64,000 nt of DNA from the human T2T-CHM13v2.0 reference genome, Homo sapiens. Positions 35,475-51,195 of this stretch are shown here, one piece after another. Under the pieces are notes generated by a model. The model was not told the DNA's origin and ran no database searches. It was given only the letters and a program-made list of their open reading frames with translations. The translations under genes were made by a program, and so were the position numbers. The first letter of the stretch is position 1. Each line of letters begins with the position of its first letter. The stretch lies in assembly GCF_009914755.1 (NCBI RefSeq), contig NC_060928.1. One strand, given 5' to 3'.

Positions 35475-36400
35475 ACAACAATTGTTTTTTATAAGGTACT
35501 TTGAATGGGAATAAGGAAACAAGCTAATACAAAAAGTGGATTGTTTAACATCAGGTTACTTCATGTTACTTTCCTTGTAAGAGTTAAAGTGGAGGAAACT
35601 TCCTTATTATGCCCAATAAAAACTAGCTTGTTTGGGATTTGGCTATCACCTCTACATGATTTCTTGGAAGGCCAGAAAAATAAGTTACCTTGAGTTTGGT
35701 GACGTGGAATCTTAACATGAATGACTCCATTTTGGTTCAGTCTTTTGGACTCTAGTACAGAAGCTCAGTCCAAAACAATGGCCTCCTCCTTTATTTAACT
35801 GTATGTATATAAATAAACATGTAATGTTCTACTTCACAATAAAGTATGTTTAAAAATTTGAAAGTCAGTCTGAGCCGGGGACTTTGACTGGAGCAAGTGT
35901 TAACATGATGAAGGAGTAGAGTGGTATCTGTCCTCAAGGAAGCAAAGGGAGATAGGCTTACATAATTTTAATAACAACAGCCACTAGCTACTGAGCTCCT
36001 AACCTTTGACAGGTACTGTGAATGCTTTAGGTTTATTATTGCCTTTACTTTTTATAATACAATTGAGAAATAAGTATTATTACTCCCAGTTCATTCATAA
36101 TAAACTAAATTCAGGGGGATTATGTGATTCGTTTAATTCTGCATAATACATGACAGTTAAGATTGAGAGGAAAATCTGTCTGACTCCACGCACATGTTAT
36201 TTTCCCTGTTACATCAAACAGATTTATAAATTACAGAGAGATTACAAACATATTAGTGGTATAAAATAGGATAACACAGTTCACTTTTGCTACATATCAA
36301 TACCGAAATAAAAATAATAGCTACTATTTATGGATTGGTTACCATTCATCTGGTAGTAGCAGTCAGACTTGGGTGGTCAGGGCAGAAACTCTTGTGATAG

Positions 36401-36957
36401 TGTTACTGGCAAAGCCGGTCCCCCAGAAGTGGGGGGTCTTTCCCCGTTCAGTGTTACAAAGCCATTATGTGAAACTGGAAATGAGCATCAAGCAGTTCAG
36501 ACTTTATTTGATGGCCATGGAATTGAGAAGTGGGAGCACAGCTCACAAATCAACTTCTCAGCTCCTGAGAGCTGGAAAGTCACAGATAGAAGGCTACTTG
36601 AATTAAGGTGTTGAGCATTAAAAGCAAGGGGAGGAATATCCGTGCAGTTTCTGGGAATAGGCAGAGAAAATCTCAGAACCAGAGTGCTGCCTTCCTTTTA
36701 TGGTTTCTTCTGGTCATTGTCATGATGATTAACTGTCATGGCACTGATGGGACTTTCATTTAGCATGGAAATTAGATTACAATAAAGTTAGAGTTTCTTC
36801 AGAGGTCAAGTGAGCTGCCATCTTGGATACCACTGGTTTCAACTGGTCTGATCAGGTTGGGAACTTCAGACCACAGACATCCTGTTCTTACAAATTAGGA
36901 GAGTCAAGGTGGGGTAGCAATTTAGCTATGCTATACAGGCATTACACTGGGTAATGA
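36401..36957 (-). mobile_element. Probable ERV solo LTR, family uncertain
   Basis: TGTTAC start, TTTATT reverse poly(A) signal, and higher GC than the flanks. Confidence 0.45.
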
Positions 36958-37208
36958 TAACAAAACAGAAAAATTTATTTTAGAGGAATCACCTACAGCC
37001 ACTTCTTCCAGCCTTGGAAGTGAGAATGGTGGGTTTCATCAAAAAGCACATAGGGCATCACAGACACATTTAATGTCATTTTAGTAATCATGTCCTATTT
37101 CATGGACACTCTTTATATTTGAGTTAAACACATTATTACTTGTAAAATCATGACAGCATTATCAGAGACATGAAAAGAGAACAATTTGAGCATCTTATCT
37201 AAAAGCTG

Positions 37209-37752
37209 TGTAGGGGAGGGAAGAATTTTCTTTTGCCCTCTGAGAGTTTAATAATTGAATCTGTTAAATAATCTGACAACGGGCAGATTAATAGGAGAAT
37301 AGTTACACAAATTTATCATGTGCACCAGAACATTGCAGGAAAGACAACTGAATACCCTAAAACCAAGTGAGATTTATCATTCTTATATACCCTGGTTATA
37401 GAGCCGAGGGGGAAGGGGATGTAGGCAATTTATAGGAGAGTAAATGGTTTTGGAAAAAATGAATGGGCCCTCAGAAGAATACATGGTGGTTTGTGACAAA
37501 GTTGGTCTGTGTGTGGTGCCGACTTCTTGTCTTCCTCTCCTGTGATAAGAGTTAATCTTCCCTGGTTGATGCAGCCCTCAGGGAGAGGATTGGCAATAGC
37601 TGTATTACTTTCGGAGGAGCTGTCTTTAGCCAGATAAGGGGAGCTCTGAGAAAATGTCCACCTATATCCAACATACCTCAAGTGCTCTCAATTTGAAGTA
37701 ATTAGCATACCAAAGTGGCATATTTTGAAGTTGCATTTTTTGAACTCTTTCA
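37209..37752 (-). mobile_element. MER34/MER39-like ERV1 solo LTR
   Basis: Terminal ATACCAAAGTGGCATATTTTGAAGTTGCATTTTTTGAACTCTTTCA; 4-bp TSD GCTG on both sides. Confidence 0.75.
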
Positions 37753-38975
37753 GCTGAGAAAGCAAATTTTTTAGTGACTTAAAATGTATCTTTATATTTT
37801 TATAACATGTGTGAATGCAATATCTACATACTTATCCATAAGTCTATTTATATCACTAAGAAATCTCCCATAGTCAGCCAAATACAGAGTGAGAGAATGG
37901 TCAAAAGTGAGGAGAAGCACTAAATCCAAACAGCATGATTTCATCATGTCTTCTGATTAAATATTTTACTCAGTGGATGAACAAAACAAGAATGAATGGG
38001 CTGGAGATTGTTTTTAAAAATTTAGTTTCGTATCACTTTACAACTCTTTGAGCTATTCTAGGACTATTATAGTTTCTGTAAGGAATAAAAAGGAGGATTT
38101 TACCAGTTGTAATCCCCACTAGAAGCTTGAGCTTAAGTGTTTTTCCTGTGTGTTCCCTTTTTACTGTCAAATGTGGCTTTATCATTACTTGTTTTTCCCT
38201 CTCATTGGTGGGCTCCTTAATGATAGGGTCTTTGTTCTCCTATAGCCTCAATATCTAACAAAGCAGGCAATTAGTAAATATTTGAAGGAATGAATAAAAT
38301 TTATATCGTATTTTTTGCTCTTACATTTGTTAGGAGAACTTTTAGAGAATAAAGCAAGACAATGTCACATTATTAAATTATATAGATGAAAGATAGAAAT
38401 GAAAGGGGAAAGAAAGACTGTGAGTTTAGGTATATAATTTCCTGGAGGAACCACTAGATGCCAAACAAGCATGTGGGGATGTCACCTAGGAAACTTAAAT
38501 GCAAAATGGGTATCACCAGAAATAACAGCAAGAAAATAAGTGGAGGAAAACAGAGCTATGAAATGATCCAAAGACAAGTAGTCAAGAGAAATTATAGAAG
38601 TAAAAAGATAGGGTAAAGTTAAAATTGATTCTAATCTAAAATATTGTAGAAAACAAAGAAAAACTAAGGAAACAACGTTCAACAAAACCATGAAAACTTT
38701 TCAAAAATTTAGGAAGTGCTAAGATCATCTGCTTCTCTTCATTTCACCAGAAAAACATCTTAGTGAAATAATACAATTTGAAGCCTCTCTTAAAAAACTG
38801 ATTTTTTAGATAGAATGGTTTATAATGTGAACAATTCATAATAGAAAATAGCTATGGGTAGGAAGTTAATGAGACTGGAGAAAAAAACAGCTACGCTAAA
38901 ACATAAGTACAAATGAAAGAGTAAAAATAAATTTAAAATGCCAAACATGTTCATAACCTATATTGATGAAAGTAT

Positions 38976-39665
38976 TGTTAGTGGTGGTAGAGATCCAAGT
39001 TACCATGAGTTAACAGCAGCCTGTCTGTATGGGTCCATAGTAACTTCAGTCCTTGCCGCCTCAGAAAGAATTTGACTGAGGGGCATAGAGCAGAAAAAGA
39101 GAGCGAGGCAAGTTTCAGAGCAGGAGTGGAAGTTTCTTTAAAAAGTCTTTAGAACATGAAAGAAAGGAAAATTTGCTTGGAAGGGACCCAAGTGCACACC
39201 TGAAGGTCTGCGAGAGAGTAGATGACAGCAAAAAAAGAGATCTTTAACCTTGATCCTAGAACTTTATAGGCTGGTCTGTTTCCCGTAATTCTTTCCTTAG
39301 GGTGGGCTTCCTGCATATGCAGTGCTTTCCTTACCTTTTGGAATTGAGCACATTCAGTGTGTTTAGGGAGTTATATGCATGCCTATCTGAGGCTTCCTTC
39401 CTTTTTCTAGTAGCATGTGTTCTTGAAACATCACACTTCGCCATTTTGACTGTTAACACTCATGCCCAAGAAGCTGCTTCTCCCTGAGGCCTACATTCAA
39501 TTAACACTTCTAATGTTAGCCTGTGTGGACCATCAGGAGATTCTCTCCCTGACAGCCAAATTATCGTTTCTAGAGAGGCAATACGATAATTGCCAAACCA
39601 TCACCGGACATTTCTAGTGAGTCGGGGAGAGACCTCTCCTGCTCCGCTCATGCTTAACTACAGCA
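38976..39665 (-). mobile_element. ERV1 solo LTR (MER50/LTR9-like)
   Basis: GAATTTGACTGAGGGGCAT...GAGGCAAGTTTCAGAGCAGGAGTGGAAGTTT motif; TG...CA ends. Confidence 0.65.
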
Positions 39666-42519
39666 TAAAATGTTGAGAAGTATATGAAGCAAATAATTGT
39701 TCATACTATGTGTCAATATTATGCTATGCCATTTACTTGTGTATCTTACCTCACCCTTGGCCGTAATTTTTCTTTTATATTGAGGAAACCAAGGCTCAAA
39801 GATGTTAAATAAATTTCTCAAAGCTGCAGAATGTCATTTAAAGAATCTAAGCATATGCAAATTAAATTTTACTATGTTTGCTATGGAGAAGCAAAAAGTG
39901 CTTCAGTGTAAGGTTCCTTCACTCAAATTATTTCCCACTGTTAATAGCATACACAGACTTGTGGAGTATGACACTGAGAGGAACAAAGCAAATAGAGACC
40001 AGTCAATTTGATGGTTATGGGGATTTCTGAGCTATTTAAGTTCATGGAACTTTGTTGCTTTGGAATGAGAGATCCTTAAAATTCTTCTAATTGCCACAGA
40101 CACAACTGCCCATTTTTCTGTTTTACTAAATTCACAATCCCTACTCTATTTTGCAGTTTTTGGTTTATTACACAGCCAGACAAGATGAACTTGAATCAGT
40201 AAAGTCCCCAAAGATTTGAGGCAGCCAAACACACCCTTCCTTTTTTCTCTATTGTATAACTTTTGTTAATTGTCCTTGGACTATGAACAAACAACTTTGG
40301 TAGTAACACTAAATTACTATTTAAAAAGTGACATATGTGTATTTTAATAATGAATGCTGAGGAGTGAATCATATCTAACACTAATATAACAGATATCCCA
40401 TCCATATAAACTCCCTTCCCATTGTCCTTTTTCATGTTAATCTGTAATCATTTCACTCAGCCTGTATTCCACTTACTGTTCCCAACCATTCTGGGCATTA
40501 TGTTGGTTTTACTGTCAGTCTCAATGTATTACAAACAGGGGAACTGAGGTTCAGCACAATTAATGAACTATCTCATTAGCTAACAAGCAGTAGGAAGGTA
40601 TGCGCATACTAAGATATGCGTCAGTGTGGTTCTACACTACCTTTGCTGAAGACTGACTTCTTTATGTGTGATATGCGAAGAGATGCCATTATGGAGAAAG
40701 GAAGGTAGGGTTGAATACTGAAAAAGGTATTTGATTATTGATTTTTCTTTCTTAGTGGATTTGACTTTTACAGTGAAGAATAATAGGTACTGTATTCATT
40801 ATTTTCTATCATTTTGCACACTGAGATATTGGATTGCATAGCCTATCTTGTTATAATCTGTCATTTAAGAAAACTGTATCATTATATAATTTCTATTGAT
40901 GAGCATTTATATATTTTTTCCTCCTCTGAACTTTGCCACAAAAGGCATATTTGTTTTAGCAAACATTGATAACCTGCTAGGAAGATGAGAATATGCCTAT
41001 TACACTGTTGAAGATTGGCTACATAATTTGAGTTATCTACAATATGTTGCAAAAGGCAGATACTTGGCAAGTTTAATGCCATCCATCTGATGTAATTGAA
41101 CTTAAGGTTGGATGAATAGCACTTCATTTCATCCTTGAAACTTTACGAACATGACTGTTATTATCTCAACAACTAATGTTGCTTAAAGAATGTTCATTAC
41201 TTGCATATCATTTTTTTTCCACAAAAGAATAACCTTGACTAAATATTAGGTAAAATTTAGGTTAGACTATATTTTTGAAAACTTTTTAAATGAAAGTTAT
41301 CTAATAAGAGAAGAGGAAAAAATTATGTTACCTAATATTCCACTACCTCAATATAGCCTTTTTGATATATTCATATGTCTCTCCCTCCTCCAATTTTTAT
41401 ATAGCAGAAATGATAATGGCTATATGTTTTGTATCTTGCTTTCTAATAATTGTATATCACATATATCTTATATGTGTAATTACTTTCTTAAAATAAATGT
41501 TCAAAACTCTGATTAGTGGAGTAAAGGGCAAGACAGTCTTTTTACAAGCATCAGGTATTACTATGTGACTCTTTTTTTCCTAGTTCAGTGTTATAAGTAA
41601 CAATTTACTAGTAATGTTATCTTTTATCATTTGTCTATTAAAACAAGCATATATTAAATGGATTGCCTTCTTGAAATAAAATAAAAATTTAATAGATTTA
41701 TTTTTCAAGTTTTCTCTCCATAGTAGAAATGTCTGCAAATGAAGAGAAAATTCTTCATTTCAGTTGTATATATTCAACTACAGCTATAGGTGTAGATACA
41801 GATAGAACATGTGATGATAGAAGCAAATATCTGAAAATATTTTTCTGAGCTGCAGTGAATGAGCAAGCTACATAAATAATGAAGCTTTTGTTTTCTAGTG
41901 TGTGAAAAAGTGTCTACTTCTTAAAAAACTAAAGAACTTAAGCATCTTCATCGCTTTGAGTTGACTTTTTTTAATGTTTGATGATCCCTCTTTTGTGATG
42001 TATACTGAACTAAGGTTACCAATGTGCACCATCTTTGAGATCCATAAAAAAATAAAATAGTGTTTTTTGGAAACATTTTTTATCAGTCATTAAGCAAATG
42101 ATCATTATTTCTTTTGTCAGTTTAAAATCTGCAGAAATTTTCCATATTCTTATTTTAATTAGAAATGTTTGACAATTAAAAATCCACACCAAAGGATGCT
42201 GACAAGGCCAGTCTTTGTCAACACTTTATAGATTTGTCCTTCTAGAACCAAATGGTGTGTACTTCTTAAAGAGAATATTATGGAACAATAAAATTGCAAC
42301 ATTATTTATAGTGTTCTTCCATAGAAAAATTACTAAGCTTACTTTTGTAAAGAATATATTTTCTATGTATAAATGGGAAGAACCAAATCTACTGATAATC
42401 AATATATGTTATCCTATTTATAGTCATCTGTGAGAGAGCAGGAAGATATTAAGCAATTGGTGTTACTTTAAAGACAATGGTCTTTCGTTATTCACAGCTT
42501 TTCAAATAACCTAATGGGC

Positions 42520-42897
42520 TTATCCTAATTTTCTGTGCGGCCATAACGAAAGACTTGAGACTGGGTAATTTATAAATAATAGAAATTTAATTCTCACAAT
42601 TTTGGAAGCTGGGAAGTCCAAGATCAAGGAACTGGCAGGTTCAGTGTTTGGTGAGGGCTTTTACCCTGCTTCCAAGATGACACCTTGTTGCTGCGCTGTG
42701 TCCTCAAATGGAAGAAAGGACGAAGAGGGGCCTAACTCATTTTCTCCAGCCCTTTTATAAGTGACTAGTCTTGTCCATGATGGCAGATCCTTCATGGCCT
42801 GATCACATCCTAAATGCCTCACCTCTTAATAGAGTTGCATTGAAGATTAAGTTTCAACATAAATTTTGGAGGAGACACAGACATTCAAACCATAGCA
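42520..42897 (-). mobile_element. MST-family MaLR LTR
   Basis: GAGACTGGGTAATTTATAA...GGAAGTCCAAGATCAAGG...CATTCAAACCATAGCA. Confidence 0.8.
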
Positions 42898-43210
42898 GGG
42901 CTACTTCCCTTTCTCTAATAGGACAGTGCCAAATAGCCTCTGAAGTTATGGAGCCTACAGATGGCCATCTTATTATGCCTATTCCTTGTGTGTTTCTTTT
43001 TTTGGCAATAATAAAAGACTTAATGATGAGCTATTTGTGCATACCTATAAATACATTTCGTTTGTTCACTACCAGCCAGTCTCCTAAGAACCAGTGTATA
43101 AAATGGTTCATGACCCACTAGCACTCAAATATTTAATGAATAAATTAATGCATTATTCTTAGTAGACAAAATACATTTGTAATCTCTCAATTAAACAAAC
43201 AAACCCTTTT

Positions 43211-43585
43211 CCTGTGGCTTGAATGTGTCCCTCAAAAGTTGGTTGTGTTGAAAACTTAATCCCCAATGCAACTTTGTTGGGAGCTGAGGCCTACCCTCCT
43301 CCCAACAGCTGGTCTTCACCCTCAAGAATGGATTAATGTCATTACTGGGAATGGGTTATTCAATTGGAGAGTGGGTTATTATAAAGCTAATTCAGCCCCT
43401 GGTGCCTCTCTTTGTCTACTCTGTTTGCTTCTGCTTTCTGGCCTTCCACCATGGGGTGATGCATACCAGATGCCAGTGCTATACTCTGGGACTTTTCAGT
43501 CTCCAAGACCGTGAGCTACATAAACTTCCTTATGAATTACCCAGTCTGCAGTATTCTCTTATAGCAACAGAAAATGGACTAACAG
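43211..43585 (+). mobile_element. MST-family MaLR LTR
   Basis: GGCTTGAATGTGTCCC...AAACTTAATCCCCAATGCAAC...ATAGCAACAGAAAATGGACTAACA. Confidence 0.8.
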
Positions 43586-44534
43586 AAGTTTGATGTGTGC
43601 AACTTTAAATGAATTTTTGTGTATTTTTACAGTTTAAAGGCAGTCCTCTGTAAGATTCCAGCAATCAGCCCTCATGGAAGCCTCAAGCCTATTTTCCTTC
43701 CTAGTACTCACAAGGTGATTTTTAATAATCAGGATAAAATCCAAAGTGAATAATTTATTTCTTGCTAAAAAAACTTTTTAAAAGTTATTAGGATTCCACA
43801 CATCATTCTCAAAGGGTAAATCAAATATTAGCCCCTCAGTAAGTTGAATAAAGAATTGATAATGAACACCACATTGATGCTAGATGCTACTTGATTTAAT
43901 AGTTTCAATACAATCTCCCTCTTCCTGTTGAAATTCCTTAGCTATTTACAGTGCAGAGAGAAAAAAATAATAATTCTATTCTAAGAGTAGTAGTGAACAG
44001 TTTTCAGGTGTTTATCACTGATACAAATTAAGAACTGTGTCTATATTTTGTATAATTGCATCATACAGCTGTATTAAATCTTATAGTATCAAATATTAGA
44101 TCTGATTTAATAGTATTAATAAATTTAAACCCATTTTAATCAATTTTCAAAAAAATACCGTGTTCAGTTACAGAAAATGGTGCTTAGTTGCAGACTGTAT
44201 CGTACCTTTTAACACCTGATGTGTACATCCCATGTAACGGAAAGGGCGACAATAAAATGGGGATTCAAAGGAAATAATATGGCAGAATAAGATGTGTAAG
44301 CACGATCTTATTTTCTTTTCTCGTACAGAATACTTACAGTTATTGAGCCTTCCAGAAATTGGAAGTTACCTGAAGCCACTCAAGTTTCCTTAAAAAACAA
44401 AACAAAACTGTCTATAGTTAACTTGATATGCCACTTTTCAAATGTTTCTAATATTTATTTTATTTTATTTTAAAGTATGTTTTTCATCTGCATCTACCAA
44501 CATTTATTCTTGGGCTTTTAATTTTACCTTTTTC

Positions 44535-44849
44535 TCGCTGGCCTGGTGGCTCACGCCTTAATCCCAGCACTTTGGGAGGCCGAGGCAGATGGATCACGAG
44601 GTCAGGAGATTAAGACCACCCTGGCTAACACGGTGAAACGCCGTCTCTACTAAAAATACAAAAAATTAGCCGGGCGTGGTGGTGGACGCCTGTAGTCCCA
44701 GCTACTCAGGAGGCTGAGGCAGGAGAATGGCGTGAACCCGGGAGGGGGAGCTTGCAGTGAGCCGAGATGACGCCACTGCACTCTAGCCCGGGCGACAGAG
44801 CCAAACTCCGTCTCAAAATTAAAATAAAATGAAATAAAATAAAATAAAA
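44535..44849 (+). mobile_element. AluY SINE with a (TAAAA)n tail
   Basis: AluY diagnostics; 16-bp TSD TAATTTTACCTTTTTC at 44519-44534 and 44850-44865. Confidence 0.95.
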
Positions 44850-46899
44850 TAATTTTACCTTTTTCCAAACTAATGTAATTGCTTACAGCTCATATTTGAG
44901 CTTCTAAATGCAATGCTATTGGACGTATTTGCCACTTCATATTTAAGGCCTCTTTTACTGTGTACGGTATTTATTACCGTGGAGCCATGAGACCAAACTG
45001 CAAGGCTCTAATCTCAGTTCAGCTATATGTTTAGAATCACTGTGTGCTGTTCATACATGGGATTTGCCCCCTGAGCATATTTTATTTAAATCTGGTTGCA
45101 AGACATTTTTTTTTTCTTTCTTCATACATCATCGATAACATCTAATGCTTTGTTCAATAGCACCTGGAATTTTCATCCAAGATGACAGCTTAGGGAAATT
45201 GAATTTTCCCAGAGAGGTATCTCCAACTAGAATATAGTTTTAATTTTGCCAAGCTGAAATAAATCATACCAGATTGTTTTATTCTATGCAAGACATCTGG
45301 GAGACTTTTGCTGCAGTCTACAGAATCTCATGCCATTGTGAAATGTTTGCCTTATGGACAACACAAGGTCTGGGGCATAATACTGCGTGTTTGCTCATTT
45401 CCAGTGACTCTATTTAATTAAGTCTAGAATACAAGCATAGAGACTCTGCTTTGTGAATCTGATGCTCTTGTATATGACTTAAGTTTATGTCAGGATTTAG
45501 GGAAAACATTCTCATTTTGGTAGCATTCCCAACATTTTGAGATAGTTTGACTTCTGTTCAGACCTGGCATGAGATTTTTGATATATGTGCAAATTGTGTG
45601 ACACTGTTGGATAAAAAATTCTTAGGTACAAATAAAGTTGACAGGTAGGACTTCTGTCCATCCACATCCATGCCCCACATTCCCTGATCTTTTTAATAAT
45701 AACGACAAAAACATGATCAGTGTGCACTCAGAACAGACATTTAGATCAAACTAACCTTTGGGTCTGGCATCCTAATGAATGTATTAGTCAAATGTCACAA
45801 ACTGCACAAAAGCTTTTGTATTAGAAAAACAAAAAAAAAACAAGCTTAGAATGGATGAGCAGATGCATATTCTTCTGAGCTTCTTTGACTCACAAGCTTT
45901 GCTTTGAGAGTCACCTTTCCCCCCACTGCCCTCTCTGACTCACTCTTGGAGTTTCTGGTACATAATTAAGACATATGGACAAATTCCCAAATTCTAGGGC
46001 TAAGAATACCAGCAAAGGTGAATTTACTATGAAAATAAATGAAGTTTAAGTTCATGAAGCTTCACCTATACCCATCCCTTCCAAGACTTGATTTTCTTCT
46101 AGGAAGTTGTGGTATGAAGCAGCAGCCACAGCCACACACTAGAGTGTGTGGGCCACAGAAGTCCTGATTTGAACCCTGGACTGGGTGGAGTCTTGGAAGC
46201 CCACACTACCTTCATGTCCCTCAGAACCTCAGAGGTAACATTCCTCTGGTGGACTTCATCAAGTGTTCATCCCCTAACTTTGACTCCAAGGAGAATGATC
46301 TAAATCAGATGTTGCTCTGTTCCCTGGTCTAGACCATCGCAACAAAACTGCTTGGCCACTTGGCCGCTGTTTTTCTCAAGAAACAAGTAACTTCACTGAG
46401 CAAAAATGTACCAGTGTGGCATTTGCAATGATCAGTTGAAGCTGAAAATAACTTTATCTACCACTAATAATAAAAATAAAATTTAATCAACCAAATCATA
46501 GGCCACACTGAATCATCTTTCTACTATCTTTATAAAAAATATTGTAAAAATTGCTGTCATATTAAGAAGCAATCAAAGCATATGAAGCCAAAAATAAGGA
46601 AAAACAGTATTATAGATGACTCACATTCAGTTAACCATAAAAATGAAATAATATGTTTTTCTAATTATAATTTTTATTTCTGGAATTTGTCACTTTTAAA
46701 TAATCTGTGATTATTTTTCTTCTAAGTATATATCTTTTTAACAAAGTTAACAAAAAACAAAATATATGGGCACTAAGAGGCACTCTAGAGAAAGACTGAA
46801 ATTTTTTTTGAGTATTTGAATTACCCATAATTACAAATTTTAGCTTCTCACTATTCACAATACATTTTATGTCCCTTTGTTTTGCTTAGTTAGATAGGA

Positions 46900-47080
46900 T
46901 GGAAATCTTGGCTTTCTGTCATTTCCTGTGCAGCCCTCTGCAAATTCTTTTCCCAACCTATTTCTTTATCTGTAAAATGGAGATTATAATACCTATTTCA
47001 TCATATTACTATGTTAAACAAAATGTTTTTGAAGTACTTAGTACGATGACTGAATACAAACAAATAATAAATAGTAGGAA
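46900..47080 (+). mobile_element. MIR SINE relic
   Basis: Core TTTCTTTATCTGTAAAATGGAGATTATAATACCTA. Confidence 0.7.
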
Positions 47081-47966
47081 AGTCTATGTTGATTATACTA
47101 TGTAAAATAAGTATAAAAAAATCATGAGACAGCAGTGTAATATTCTAAGACATTGGAAGAGTTTAAAAGAACAGTTTTGGAAAACTGACTTCATACTTGT
47201 ATGTACTAAAATTGAGATGCCCATGGGACATCTTAGTTGAGATAGCTGTTAGATATTTGGATTGCAGGTCTGGAACTTAGCAGAGAATTACAGTTATAAA
47301 TTTTTAATTATTAATGTATCAGAAGTAGTTGTAACCATGAGTAAGGATGATATTATATGGGACAGTGTTTAAGGCAACCATAAGATAGATTTGAGGATAA
47401 ATCCCAGTAATGATATTTGGTGCTTAGTTTTTTTAGAATTATCAAGGAATATAGAAATTGCACATTAAAATGCCCTGCATAATTTCTAGCACATAGTAGC
47501 TATTCTGTACACTTTATTGTTTATTTTGATTAATTTAAGCAATTCAGTATAAAAAAGAAAAAAAACCCAATCTTTTTAGTCTATCAAAATTTAAAGGAAG
47601 ACTTCTAAACATTAACATAGTAATTTTGTATATCCCATATAAATCTATATAAGAAAATAAATCCTATAAACTAAGATACTTTTAAAATATAAGAATATGA
47701 GTACTTTTTTTTTAGTGAATGTGATCTTTATGGAATTTTTTTATTATTAGAATGGAAGTGACCCTGGAAGCTTTCTTATTGTATTTATTTAAAACATTTC
47801 AGTTGTACAATTTAATTCAGTTGTCTAATAATTAAAATAAATTGTGTAAATATGTAAATTGAATGAACTGTTTTCTACTGTTATGTACATATTTGAATTC
47901 AATTTATATGATCTGCTTGATCATTTTTAATAATTTAATATGTATTTAAATATAAATATTTCATAA

Positions 47967-48611
<645 letters not shown>

Positions 48612-50783
48612 TTAATAATGTTTGCATTTCTTCTATATTGCTAACTTCTTTGAGAAATATTATTATGATCTTTGTCTAAGAAGCCTATTATCTAGATTGA
48701 GAATCTAAACAAATACAAAGGTAAGCAATTAGTATCATCTAATAAATGTCTCAGTTAATTCTATCACACACTTAGATAAGTTTATCAAACGTGTAAGAAC
48801 ATAATTTAATTAAGCAGAGCATGTTTCAGTAAACAAATGTGAGTGAGCTTTTTATAAAGTTTCAGATTCAACTACAGGTTATGAAACAAGTGAAAACTAA
48901 ATATGGGATAGGGCATGGAACTGTGCCTTCACCATGTGTTACATCTATAGAGCATATGCCAACTGAACTTGCTACAGCTTCATTGTTGCATCGTACCCAT
49001 CAAGACCCAACAGTGGAACTACAAAGACAGGTGACTTGTTTCTAGAAAGCAGGTCCTAAGCCCTGCTTTAAGTGTGTTTATCTGGAGGGAGGAGCAAGAA
49101 GAGAAAGCCCACATCTACAGATCAAATTACCCTAAAAGAGAGACTATTGGAAAGGCTGAGCTTTCATATTTCATCCTTTTGCCCAATCTTACCAAGTAGT
49201 TAAGGCACTTCTGTTGTTGAAGTAAAGGTGCAGAAGATAGAACAAAGTCTAAAAATTCTTCTCCCATTCTTCTAAAAGGGTAGAAGTTCATACTTTAAAA
49301 TTTAAGATGGGGACACTAGAAGAGAAAGAAAATGGTTCCCCCAAAGGGAAGTATAAAGGATTGATACATGAATTGTATATTTATTCTCTCATCTTTTAGT
49401 CATTAGTCAATATTCTGGTCTCTAAGTTAGTAGATGGGATTGAAGTTATTGTAATAAATTAATATAATAATGTGACTGTGTAATTATATAAATATAATCA
49501 AGTAAATATAATACAATATATGTTATATAATCCATATAACATAGCATTTATTTTATAGCATTCTTTTGATATCTGCTGCTTTAGTAACTTGCAATTTATT
49601 GTTTTATTACATCTGCTATTAAAATGAACATCAACTATTTATTTTCATAAATAAGAGAATCCTTTATTTTAGTAGAGAGAAAAATTTTAAATAGTTCTAC
49701 CAATATCTAATATTAAATGTGTGTGGGTGGAGAAGAATGAGGAGAAAGGTTGTATCTTAATTCAGAATTAGAAAGGCGACAAAATAACCATTTTCTATTA
49801 CAAAAGACGTTAACTCTATGACATTAATTTCACCATGGGAAATCTGTAATCTTCATTTTAGAGAAATTAATTGGTAGCAGTACTATTTATGAAGTGCTGT
49901 GTGCTCAAATCCTTGAAGAACTTTCCTACATTATGATTAGCCTAAGATGTCTAGCCTGGAGTGTTTCACATTTTTCTAGCTTTGTGATTACATCCTCCCA
50001 CTAGGTATCTAATGAACTGAAGTAGACCGCCCTGCATTTCAGCAAATTCAGGAGTAAGGTTTTATGAGTATTAAAAAATAATTGAAAATGTCAATATTCA
50101 AAATGTTTCATAGTTCATATATTTTATGTCCTCACTACAGTGCCTATGCATATAGCTTAAAGCATATCAACAGAGGGAAAACACTATATTGCAGCAAGAA
50201 GCACCCTCATCCATGAAAGCTGTAAAGCTCCTTACTCTTTTTTTTTTTAATAGTTATAACCTTGTATGCAAGTCACTGTGAATTTTGCTGGCAATTGTGG
50301 CATTTCTCATCAGAGAGTAAATTCTTCTTCAGGCTGGTAAAATGACATCTGAATAAGAAGGCAGAAAAAAATTTTCAACCTCTTAAAACAACTTCTAAAA
50401 ATTGCAAGTAGACAGTATCATGTATTGCATAATAGTTACATAAAGCAGATTACCTAAGATTCCCTACAGCTCTAGAACACCATGCCCTGACATGTCCTGA
50501 TTGAGATTTTTGAGATTTTTACCTGTATTCTAGAGATACTGAGTCAGCAGCTAGAGTAAGTTGTCACTAAATGATGCTTTTCCTGCACTTTGGCAGATAA
50601 GATCAGTATCTGAAAACCTCAGTAGCTAATGTAGAAGCTTGAGAATGGCATGTCTTCTGAAAAACAAAGTTTATTAAAATATTAGTTTGTGACTTAGATA
50701 ACTCATTCTTAAGAAAGCAGGAATGTGGCAGCAAGGGTAGAAACAAACATAGAAGACAATGCTTAATAAAGAAGAAAATATTT

Positions 50784-51195
<412 letters not shown>
